DNA of 64,000 nt from Chryseobacterium gleum (GTDB lineage Bacteria > Bacteroidota > Bacteroidia > Flavobacteriales_D > Crocinitomicaceae): positions 45,647 through 109,646 of the forward strand of contig CAMDAH010000006.1 of assembly GCA_945888625.1 (NCBI GenBank), given 5' to 3'. The notes beneath the pieces are model-generated. The model ran no database searches. It was not told where the DNA came from and worked only from the letters and a program-made list of their open reading frames with translations. Shown piece after piece: positions 1-8,507 of this stretch. The first letter of the stretch is position 1; each line of letters opens with the position of its first letter. A program made the translations under genes and the position numbers.

Positions 1-643
1 CATCAAAGAATTGATCATTGAAAAAAGGATTAAAATCTTTCGTGAAAACAGGATCTTTCAGGTATTTCAACTCCCATTTGTACGCATCGTACTGGCCAGC
101 AGGATCGGACAGTACCCCTTTCATCTTCGCATGAATTTTACCAGGCTGAGGAACCCAAATTAACGAACTTAGCGCTGTTGGTTGACCTATAGTTGTTGTA
201 GAATTGTACGTTTTTCCTTCGTGCGTTACAGATAGCGTGTAGGATTTACCCACTTCGCCCCAAATGGAAGGATCTAAAGATGTATAAGCACACAAATGAA
301 AACTAGCCAATTGGTCTACAGGAATACCAAAAATAGCAGAAACATAGGCCTCTGAACCTGCAGGTAAGTTATCAGTGCATAACTCCGTTAAGGTAACCGT
401 GTTTGTGCCATTAGATACAGTAACAACTGCTCCCGAAATAAACCCGTCAATGTATGCTTGAAAATTTGTTGGAGAAAAAATATCTTGTGTTGCAGAAAGT
501 AAAACGATAGGTGGTTGCCCGGTGCTTATGCTTCCGTCAACTACTATTGTTTTCACATAACCTGGAATGTCTATTTCAACTTCTTTCGTACATGAAGTAA
601 TAAAAATAAGTGCAAGAAGTGAAGGGAGAATTATTTTTTTCAT
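1..643 (-). CDS. DUF4249-like lipoprotein (partial; 3' end lies beyond the window start)
   Basis: Absent from the ORF track because it runs off the edge. Hand translation from ATG at 643 gives MKKIILPSLLALIFITSCTKEVEIDIPGYVKTIVVDGSIS..., a signal peptide plus lipobox Cys. It lies 1 nt downstream of the TonB-dependent receptor, the usual position of DUF4249 partners in Bacteroidota. Confidence 0.55.
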   Translation of the reverse strand, partial: MKKIILPSLLALIFITSCTKEVEIDIPGYVKTIVVDGSISTGQPPIVLLSATQDIFSPTNFQAYIDGFISGAVVTVSNGTNTVTLTELCTDNLPAGSEAYVSAIFGIPVDQLASFHLCAYTSLDPSIWGEVGKSYTLSVTHEGKTYNSTTTIGQPTALSSLIWVPQPGKIHAKMKGVLSDPAGQYDAYKWELKYLKDPVFTKDFNPFFNDQFFD

Positions 644-644
644 A

Positions 645-3047
645 TTAAAATTCAAAATTCCAAGTTACACTTGGGATGATTGGAAATAAAGATACTTGCT
701 TAACAGTAATTTTCACATCGCCAGAGGCAAAACTTCCATCGTTGTCTACATACAAAAAGAATGGATTTGCACGATTGTAAACATTATAAACGGAAAAGGC
801 CCAATTACTTCGAAATTTTTTCTTCACATCTACTTCCAAATTTGTTGCGAAATCGGTGCGTTTTTTCGTTGGCTTTGAATACAATGTAGCCGAGATATCC
901 AAACGGTGGTAAGGTGCCATGCGCGTTGCGTTACGATCACCGTAATTGTACAATAAGTTTTGATCTTGGATGTACCAAGAAGTTGGTAAAGTAAGGGTGT
1001 TTCCCGTTGCATAAATAAAGGCTGAGCTAAATGTCCATCGTTCATTTAATTTGTATGTACCCACAATACTTAGATCGTGTCGTCTATCGTATTTGGCCGC
1101 AAAAACTTTACCACCATTCAAATCCGGGAATGTACGTTCCGTCTTTGCCAGCGTATATCCTATCCAACCTGTAAATTTACCGGCTGACTTTTTAATAAAA
1201 AGTTCAATACCATATGCCCTACCCGTTCCAAATACCAATAAGTTATCGGTATTATCGTTTACGTTATCGCCTGGCAAAGCACCCTCTTTAAACTCAATTA
1301 AGTTTTTCATTCCTTTGTAATAAACTTCTACAGAGGTCTCGAATTTATCGTTGAAGAAATTGCGAAAGTAACCCACTGAGCCCTGCCATCCTTTCTGCGG
1401 TTTTACTATATCCGTAGTAGGAAACCAAACGTCGGTTGGTAGAGAAACGGCACTAAGAGATGTTAAATGCACGTACTGATAATTGTATGAATAGCCTGCC
1501 TTGATCGAACTTTTGTCAGAAATTAACCACCGGAAAGATACCCTTGGCTCTAGTCCGTGGTAAAACTTTAATAAATCTCCCTTTTCGTAAGTAATTGCTG
1601 TGTCAGGACTGCTGATATTGCCCTTAATAAAACGCGTAAATGGCCCGACATGTTGGTAGGTACTGTAACGCAATCCTACATTTAATCTAAATTTATCATT
1701 TAAATCAAAATCGTCCATGACATAAATCGCGGACTCATGGCCAAATAGTTGCTGTGCTTCACCAGTATTAAAGTCAATACTGTCCGCTTCAGCAGAAACA
1801 CTTGTAGGCGTAAAAGTGTGATAGATGTATTCTCCACCCCACTTAATGCGGTGTTTTGCATTTGGGAAATAGGAAAAATCAACTTTTCCGCCCAAGTCGC
1901 GCACGCCCGATGCTAATTCGAAACGAAATTGGTCTTGGCTAGAACCGAACTTAAACATGTAGTCGGAAAAAGTGCCTGTTACATTCATAAATAACTTATT
2001 CGAGAATAAGTGATTCCAACGCAAAGCAGCGATACCGTTTCCCCAAGGCATATCGGCTCCAAATCCACCATCTCGGTCTTGGAAGCTAAAAACGTCTTTA
2101 CCATAATAACCACTCAAAAAAATACGGTCTTTGTCCGATATCTTGTAGTTGAACTTGGCATTTACATCATAAAAATAATAACTAGAACCCGCAAAAGGCG
2201 AAGTATCCGAAATAGCAGCTTTCATAAGAAGATCAATGTAGGTTCTACGACCTGAAATGATAAAAGATCCTCTATTTTTCACCAAAGGACCTTCAATTGT
2301 AAAGCGAGACGAAATGGCACCAATTCCTCCCTTTATGTGGAAACCTTTGTTGTTTCCTTCGTTCATATTTACCTCTAGGACAGAGGACAATCTACCGCCG
2401 TAATTGGCAGGCATACCTCCTTTGATTAAATTAACACTTTTTACTGCATCCGAGTTGAAAACTGAAAAGAAACCAAATAAATGCGCTGCATTGTAAACAA
2501 CTCCCTCATCTAACAAGACCAAATTTTGGTCTGGGCCCCCTCCTCTCACGTAAAAACCTTGTCCGCCTTCAGAAATAGAGGAAACACCCGGTAATAACTG
2601 AATGGCTTTTATCACATCAACTTCCCCCATAAAAGCGGGAAGGGTTTTAATTTGATCGATTTGCAATTCAATCTGTCCCATTTTGGTCGAATTGACATTT
2701 TCACCTTTTTTAGCACTCACCACGACCTCTTGTATGGCTTGTACATTAGAACCTAATTCATAATTAAAGCGAACATCGGCAGACAAGTCGATTTCTTTTT
2801 CGTCAATAGGATACATAATTGTGCGAAACTCCACCGTATATTTTCCAGCAGGAACAGTTAAAGAATAAAAACCATAGGTGTTAGTCACTGCAGCTAAATT
2901 CAATTGCGAAATGACGATCTTGGCGCCAATGATTGCCTCCCCATTCTTACTATCTGTTAAATAACCACTTAGAGTAGATTTATTTCCTTGAGCAATACCT
3001 ATAGCATTGATAAAAATAAAAAGGAAAAAGACGGTAATTTTTGGCAT
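645..3047 (-). CDS. TonB-dependent receptor with N-terminal carboxypeptidase-regulatory-like domain
   Basis: 800 aa with a signal peptide, a CarboxypepD_reg-like segment (GYLTDSKNGEAIIGAKIVI), a plug region, and a long beta-barrel ending in the aromatic terminus WNFEF. Confidence 0.85.
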   Translation of the reverse strand: MPKITVFFLFIFINAIGIAQGNKSTLSGYLTDSKNGEAIIGAKIVISQLNLAAVTNTYGFYSLTVPAGKYTVEFRTIMYPIDEKEIDLSADVRFNYELGSNVQAIQEVVVSAKKGENVNSTKMGQIELQIDQIKTLPAFMGEVDVIKAIQLLPGVSSISEGGQGFYVRGGGPDQNLVLLDEGVVYNAAHLFGFFSVFNSDAVKSVNLIKGGMPANYGGRLSSVLEVNMNEGNNKGFHIKGGIGAISSRFTIEGPLVKNRGSFIISGRRTYIDLLMKAAISDTSPFAGSSYYFYDVNAKFNYKISDKDRIFLSGYYGKDVFSFQDRDGGFGADMPWGNGIAALRWNHLFSNKLFMNVTGTFSDYMFKFGSSQDQFRFELASGVRDLGGKVDFSYFPNAKHRIKWGGEYIYHTFTPTSVSAEADSIDFNTGEAQQLFGHESAIYVMDDFDLNDKFRLNVGLRYSTYQHVGPFTRFIKGNISSPDTAITYEKGDLLKFYHGLEPRVSFRWLISDKSSIKAGYSYNYQYVHLTSLSAVSLPTDVWFPTTDIVKPQKGWQGSVGYFRNFFNDKFETSVEVYYKGMKNLIEFKEGALPGDNVNDNTDNLLVFGTGRAYGIELFIKKSAGKFTGWIGYTLAKTERTFPDLNGGKVFAAKYDRRHDLSIVGTYKLNERWTFSSAFIYATGNTLTLPTSWYIQDQNLLYNYGDRNATRMAPYHRLDISATLYSKPTKKRTDFATNLEVDVKKKFRSNWAFSVYNVYNRANPFFLYVDNDGSFASGDVKITVKQVSLFPIIPSVTWNFEF

Positions 3048-3058
3048 TTTTTTTTCTG

Positions 3059-3066
3059 CAAAGTTA
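3059..3066 (-). promoter_or_regulatory. Bacteroidota -7 box (TAACTTTG) upstream of the TonB-dependent receptor
   Basis: Exact match to TAnnTTTG on the minus strand, 11 nt before the ATG at 3047. Confidence 0.45.
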
Positions 3067-3218
3067 ATTTAATGTTCAGACAAATTGACAAACAATAAGT
3101 TCAAATGACAATAAATTAACACTGCATTAAACTAATCAAAAAAGAAAAGTTAAGAACACTTGTCGTGTCGAATAAAATTTCAATAAGAATGATTAAATTC
3201 GTCGCTTAGTTAAATAAA

Positions 3219-5639
3219 ATGAAAATTTCCCTTAATTGGCTGAAACGGTATATCGATTTAAAACTTTCAAGTGTTGAGATAGGCAACATATTAACCGACA
3301 CGGGGCTCGAAGTAGAGAGTATTCAACAAATTGGTACTGTAGAAGGAAACTTAGCCGGACTTGTGGTGGGCCAAGTAACTGCGTGTTTACCACATCCAAA
3401 TGCGGACAGATTAAAAGTAACCAATATTAATACCGGGACAGGTGAACTACAAATTGTATGTGGAGCAGCTAATGTTGCCGTTGGACAAAAAGTGGTCGTT
3501 GCCCTTGTGGGTTCAACACTCTACCCCAGTTCAGGTAAACCACTAAGCATTAAAGCCACTAAAATTCGTGGTGAAGACTCATTTGGAATGTTGTGTGCTG
3601 AGGATGAGATAGGTATTGGTAACAAACACGATGGCATCCTAGTTTTACCCGCTGATACCCCAATTGGTTCTCCCATAAAAGACGTTATAGAACTTCACCC
3701 AGATACCATCTTTGAAATCGGATTAACACCGAACCGTTCTGATGCACTCGGACATTTGGGCGTTGCGAGAGACCTAAAAGCTTACCTTAATTTTCACCGA
3801 AAAAGTAATTTATCCATAAAATGGCCCGTTCTCGTGGATAGGGTGCTTAGCAATACCCAACACATTGCTGTTAATTTAGTTGCGCAAGATAGTTGCTCAA
3901 GCTATTGCAGCGCTGTAATCGATTCATTAAGCATTTCCGATTCTCCAGAATGGTTGAAATTAGCCCTAACATCAATCGGTCTCCAACCAATAAATAATGT
4001 GGTTGACGTTACCAACTTCGTTATGCACGAATTAGGTACCCCTTTGCATGCTTTCGATGCGAAAGCCATATTGGGTGGAATTCACGTAAGAAAATCAGCA
4101 GAAAATGAGTTACTAACCACGCTAGACGGAGTGACTAGAAAGCTTAAGGGAAACGAACTTGTTATTGCTGATGATAAGGAAGTACTCTGTTTAGCCGGTA
4201 TTCTAGGTGGACAAAAAGCAGCCGTAAACAACTCAACAAAAACTATTTTCTTAGAATCGGCATTATTTGATTCGATTTCTATTCGTAAATCAGCCAAACT
4301 TCACAACCTAAGTACAGACGCAAGTTTTAGATTTGAACGAGGAGTAGACCCCGACCTCACTTTGTTTGCACTTAATAGAACCATTGATTTACTGATGGAG
4401 GTCGCAGGAGGTCGCGTCACACAAGGACCAAATGAACTGAGTTGCGCAGCCATTCCAATTAAAACCCTTACAATTAATTTACTTCAAATCAACAGCACCA
4501 TAGGATGTGATTTGAAACCTTCCGATGTTGAGTCAATACTCATCGATCTCGACTTTAAAATCATCGAAAAGAAAGCCGAAAACTGGCTGATAAGTGCCCC
4601 AAATTACAGAACCGATGTAACGCGACCAATCGATGTAACAGAAGAAATTTTAAGAATTTATGGATTTAATTCAGTTCCCATTCCCGAAAAATTTCATTTT
4701 GCCTTTACCCCTTCTATATTAAAAACAAAACAGCACTTGGGAAAACAAGCAAGTGATTTTCTCGTGGCAAAAGGATTTTCTGAGATTATGACAAACTCCC
4801 TGACAAAAGCAGCTTACAGTGAACTAGAGAAGGAAAGCAGTCAACCCGTAAAAATTTTAAACCCCTTGAGTAGCGAATTAAGCCAAATGAGACAAACGCT
4901 TGTATTTGGCCTATTAGAAACGATTGAATACAACCAAAATAGACAACAAAGTAATTTGAAATTATTTGAATTCGGTGCATGCTATTCTCAAAATGGTGAC
5001 AAGTATATTCAATCCAATCAATTAGCGCTTTGTTTAACTGGTAAAAAAGAAATAGAGGGCTGGAATAATAATTCAGTAGAGAACTCTTTTTACACCTTAA
5101 AAGGTCACCTTATTTCGCTATTAAATCGTTTGGGAGAATTTACGATGGAAGAATCCGAACTATCAGCACATGCTTACTTTTCACATGGAATGCAATATGA
5201 GATAAATAAGGAGAAAGTAATAGAAATAGGATCGATTAAGCAATCGTTTAAAAATAAATTTAGCTTGAGAAATGACGTTTTTATAGCCATTATTCAATGG
5301 GACAAACTTGTAGAAATGGCAGAAAAAAGAAAAGTAATTTTTAAGCCATTACCGAAAACGTTCGAGGTGAGAAGAGATTTTTCCTTGCTACTCGACGCTG
5401 CCACAAACTACCTAGAGATCGAACGCATTGCACTTCAAACTGAAAAAGTTTTATTAAAGCAAGTCAATTTATTTGATGTCTACGAAGGCGATAAAATTGA
5501 AAAAGGTAAGAAGTCGTATGCTATATCTTTTCAATTTCAAGACAATGAAAATACATTAACTGATGTTGCAATTGACTTTTGTATGAATAATATCAGAAAA
5601 AACCTGGAGAAAAAGCTGGGTGTAAAATTACGCGATTAG
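3219..5639 (+). CDS. pheT: phenylalanine--tRNA ligase beta subunit
   Basis: 806 aa. The N-terminus is MKISLNWLKRYI. It has a tRNA-binding OB domain (PHPNADRL...VCGA), B3/4 and B5 regions and a C-terminal FDX-ACB-like end, all typical of bacterial PheT. Confidence 0.95.
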   Translation: MKISLNWLKRYIDLKLSSVEIGNILTDTGLEVESIQQIGTVEGNLAGLVVGQVTACLPHPNADRLKVTNINTGTGELQIVCGAANVAVGQKVVVALVGSTLYPSSGKPLSIKATKIRGEDSFGMLCAEDEIGIGNKHDGILVLPADTPIGSPIKDVIELHPDTIFEIGLTPNRSDALGHLGVARDLKAYLNFHRKSNLSIKWPVLVDRVLSNTQHIAVNLVAQDSCSSYCSAVIDSLSISDSPEWLKLALTSIGLQPINNVVDVTNFVMHELGTPLHAFDAKAILGGIHVRKSAENELLTTLDGVTRKLKGNELVIADDKEVLCLAGILGGQKAAVNNSTKTIFLESALFDSISIRKSAKLHNLSTDASFRFERGVDPDLTLFALNRTIDLLMEVAGGRVTQGPNELSCAAIPIKTLTINLLQINSTIGCDLKPSDVESILIDLDFKIIEKKAENWLISAPNYRTDVTRPIDVTEEILRIYGFNSVPIPEKFHFAFTPSILKTKQHLGKQASDFLVAKGFSEIMTNSLTKAAYSELEKESSQPVKILNPLSSELSQMRQTLVFGLLETIEYNQNRQQSNLKLFEFGACYSQNGDKYIQSNQLALCLTGKKEIEGWNNNSVENSFYTLKGHLISLLNRLGEFTMEESELSAHAYFSHGMQYEINKEKVIEIGSIKQSFKNKFSLRNDVFIAIIQWDKLVEMAEKRKVIFKPLPKTFEVRRDFSLLLDAATNYLEIERIALQTEKVLLKQVNLFDVYEGDKIEKGKKSYAISFQFQDNENTLTDVAIDFCMNNIRKNLEKKLGVKLRD

Positions 5640-6007
5640 CTATTTATACTTTCTAAAAAACGCTCCAAATTAATGTTGTTTATCAAGTCGTCAGACCCCA
5701 TGATCATTATTGAGCTACACTTGTTACGATCAATCCACAAGGCCAAATTAGACTTTGCAACTGATAATGTCCCATTGATATCGATATGTAAAATCGGTTT
5801 CTGAAGTGTATCAAATTGATTACGCAATTCTTGGGTTTCTTGATTGAGCACTTGGTTTTGATTTATAATTAAAAAAGCATCAATTGTGGAAACGACTAAA
5901 TTTCGATCTGTTAATTGCATTAGATCATTGCAATTTGCTGAAGACCAAGAGGCTATGTGATTTGAGAATTTTGTGTTTGATTTTAAAATAATTCGATTAA
6001 CTAACAT
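5636..6007 (-). CDS. hypothetical protein (possible degenerate SLOG / MoCo-carrier-like fold)
   Basis: 123-aa ORF with an ATG start, 51 nt downstream of speA on the same strand. There is no confident family. See the findings for the weak pattern resemblance. Confidence 0.4.
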   Translation of the reverse strand: MLVNRIILKSNTKFSNHIASWSSANCNDLMQLTDRNLVVSTIDAFLIINQNQVLNQETQELRNQFDTLQKPILHIDINGTLSVAKSNLALWIDRNKCSSIMIMGSDDLINNINLERFLESINS

Positions 6008-6058
6008 ATTTCTTTTTTATGAAGCGTAAATTTACACAAAATTAATAATTAAGTAACT

Positions 6059-7462
6059 TTATTTACTTGTATTGTATCCGAGAATCTGTAAATAATCTTG
6101 TGCAGTTTGTTCTTGACTAAACATGCTTGTCTGAATTTTACCATTTTCGTCGCGGTTTATTAAAATATGCTTCGGTTCAGGAATTAAACAATGTTTTAAT
6201 CCACCAAATCCACCTATCGTTTCTTGGTAAGCGCCAGTATTAAAAAACCCAATAAATAATTCCTTGTTTTTGTCAAACTTTGGTAAGTAAATTGCGTTAG
6301 AATGTTGCTCTGAATTGTAGTAATCATCGCTATCGCAAGTTAAACCACCCAAAAGTACACGCTCATAATCATCATTCCATCTATTAATTGGCAATAAAAT
6401 AAACCGTTGGTTAATTGCCCAAGTATCCGGAAGATTTGTCATAAAAGAAGAATCAATCATGTTCCATTTCTCCCGGTCGTTCTGTTGTTTTTGATGGAGA
6501 ATATTGAAAATAGCTCCACCGCTCTCCCCTACAGTAAATGACCCAAACTCTGTTACGATGTTAGGTTCAGGAATGTCGTTGTCGGCGCATACTCGTTTTA
6601 CTTGAGTCAAAATTTCACGCACCATATAAGCATAGTCAAAATCAAATGCCAACGATTTTTTAATAGGAAAACCGCCACCAATATTTAATAAGTCCAACTC
6701 AGGACATAACTTTTTAAGATCGCTGTAAATACGTAAACACTTCGTCAATTCATTCCAATAATAGGCTGTATCATTAATACCCGTATTTATAAAAAAGTGA
6801 AGCATTTTAACTTTTACCCTCGGATTTTCCTGAAGAATAGCTTTGTAAAAAGGAACAATTTCGCGGTATCGAATTCCCAATCTAGAAGTGTAAAATTCAA
6901 ACTTAGGCTCCTCTTCAGAAGCTATTCGAATACCGATGCTAATTTCTCTTTCTGTGCGCGACAATAATTGACTTAATTCATCGGTATTATCTACAACTGG
7001 AATAACCTGAACATGATCCAAGTTCATCAACGTAATCATATTGTCCAAATACAACTTAGGTTTGTAACCATTGCAGATAACAAACTTTCCTTTTTCTAAT
7101 TTACCTTCCTCAATCAATTTGAACACTATATCAATGTCGAAAGCAGATGAAGTTTCAATGTGAACATCGTTCTTCATTACCTCATCGAGAACAAAAGAAA
7201 AGTGATTGCTTTTAGTACAATAAGAATAATGGTATTTTCCGGTGTACCCCAAGTTATTAATTGCCTCGCGAAACCAACCTTTAGCACGTTGTATGTTATT
7301 TGAAATTTGGGGGAGGTAATTAAACTTTAACGGTGTTCCGTACTCATTAATTAAGCGCATTAAATCAATTCCATGAAAAAACAAACGATCTTCGCTTAAA
7401 TTAAACTCGTTTTGAGGAAAATCAAACGTTTGGTCTATCAAGTCAATGTAGCGAGTTCTCAT
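6059..7462 (-). CDS. speA: arginine decarboxylase (short Bacteroidota-type, PLP-dependent Orn/Lys/Arg decarboxylase fold)
   Basis: 467 aa. N-terminus MRTRYIDLIDQTFDFPQNEF, an NIGGGFP motif, and the overall group IV decarboxylase layout. Confidence 0.8.
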   Translation of the reverse strand: MRTRYIDLIDQTFDFPQNEFNLSEDRLFFHGIDLMRLINEYGTPLKFNYLPQISNNIQRAKGWFREAINNLGYTGKYHYSYCTKSNHFSFVLDEVMKNDVHIETSSAFDIDIVFKLIEEGKLEKGKFVICNGYKPKLYLDNMITLMNLDHVQVIPVVDNTDELSQLLSRTEREISIGIRIASEEEPKFEFYTSRLGIRYREIVPFYKAILQENPRVKVKMLHFFINTGINDTAYYWNELTKCLRIYSDLKKLCPELDLLNIGGGFPIKKSLAFDFDYAYMVREILTQVKRVCADNDIPEPNIVTEFGSFTVGESGGAIFNILHQKQQNDREKWNMIDSSFMTNLPDTWAINQRFILLPINRWNDDYERVLLGGLTCDSDDYYNSEQHSNAIYLPKFDKNKELFIGFFNTGAYQETIGGFGGLKHCLIPEPKHILINRDENGKIQTSMFSQEQTAQDYLQILGYNTSK

Positions 7463-7659
7463 TTACGTACTTTTTTTAGGTGAAATATTAAATTAGGTAA
7501 TTATTAATGTAGCTTTTAACCCTGAAGCAACGGGGTTTCAACGATTGGTCACTAAATAAGTTTCGGATATTTTCAAATTAATAAATGATTATTTTGACAA
7601 CTGCTCAATACTTCACTATTTATGCTTACATAAAGTTCAATTTTATCTTGTTGCATCCC

Positions 7660-8409
7660 TCAATACCAACGTAATAAATTAGCCAATTTTCTACTTAAAT
7701 ATGAAAATGGAAGCAAACAAAATGCCACGCCACTAACTAGCCATTGAGGCCACCGGTAAATGTTAGCGAATCGAACGGCGCGTTTTTGAAGAAACAAAGA
7801 AGTCAATACAACTGAATTAATCCACTCTCTTTTTGAAACAAACTCGGGACGAAGCACATCCATCAACATAATAATTCGTTCCTCGTCAGCATCATTGACA
7901 GATTCATGCAAAAACGCATCCATAAAAATCAACCATTTACCTTGCACCCAGCCTACTCGTTCCCCATTAACACTAAGCCCACTACCCAACGATGCATTAG
8001 GAATTTTTAATCCAAAATGACATCTATAAATGGCATTGGTATCCCCACAATGAGAGGCAAGAGCTGAATTTGGCGATAAAAAATTAAATGAAAGCGTCGT
8101 AATTTCAGGATACTTCAAAAGTAAGCTGCTCGTGACAGGAAAAGCACCTTGATTTTTTCTAAATTCCAAATCCCACCAACGAAGCGAAATCGTTCGATAG
8201 GCATTCGTTTTATTCACCATTTCCCCCTTAAAGTAAGGTTTGGGTGCTTCGGCGACGAGAAATTGAGTCAACTCCTCCAAAATTAGATCGTAGTGTTTTT
8301 CAAAATCAGCTGCCCATAAAAACGAAGTAGATGGATAAAACGAAGGCTCCTTTCCTTTATAATTAAAAGATAAGTCAAATAAACTAAACCATAATTTAAG
8401 GGGTGCCAT
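7660..8409 (-). CDS. aspartyl/asparaginyl beta-hydroxylase family protein (LpxO-like dioxygenase fold)
   Basis: 249 aa. A cupin-like core with the HCGDTNAIYRCHFGL and FLHESVND segments typical of the Asp_Arg_Hydrox family, plus a hydrophobic C-terminus. Confidence 0.7.
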   Translation of the reverse strand: MAPLKLWFSLFDLSFNYKGKEPSFYPSTSFLWAADFEKHYDLILEELTQFLVAEAPKPYFKGEMVNKTNAYRTISLRWWDLEFRKNQGAFPVTSSLLLKYPEITTLSFNFLSPNSALASHCGDTNAIYRCHFGLKIPNASLGSGLSVNGERVGWVQGKWLIFMDAFLHESVNDADEERIIMLMDVLRPEFVSKREWINSVVLTSLFLQKRAVRFANIYRWPQWLVSGVAFCLLPFSYLSRKLANLLRWY

Positions 8410-8413
8410 AGCG

Positions 8414-8421
8414 CAAATATA
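8414..8421 (-). promoter_or_regulatory. -7 box (TATATTTG) 4 nt from the ATG of the beta-hydroxylase gene
   Basis: The minus strand reads TATATTTG-CGCT-ATG, an exact TAnnTTTG match. Confidence 0.5.
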
Positions 8422-8483
8422 AGGTGCATTTAGCTTTGTTAAAAACTAGTTTCTTCCGTCAAATATGGCAAAGAAATTATTTG

Positions 8484-8491
8484 TACTTTTG
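8484..8491 (+). promoter_or_regulatory. -7 box (TACTTTTG) upstream of uvrD
   Basis: Exact TAnnTTTG match 16 nt before the ATG at 8508. A second match (TAGCTTTG) lies at 8431-8438. Confidence 0.4.
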
Positions 8492-8507
8492 AAATAATAA
8501 AACAATC

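Noticed and set aside
3081-3119. Fur-box-like sequence in the TonB receptor / pheT divergent region
   Set aside because: The best alignment to the classical 19-bp Fur consensus is only about 10 of 19 positions. I kept it only as an unexplained imperfect direct repeat, noted under the receptor finding.
7463-7659. 197-bp leader region upstream of speA with a small hairpin (AACCC-N10-GGGTT at about 7518..7537), considered as a riboswitch or attenuator
   Set aside because: There is only a 5-bp stem, no T-run and no recognisable riboswitch core, so I cannot support it from sequence alone.
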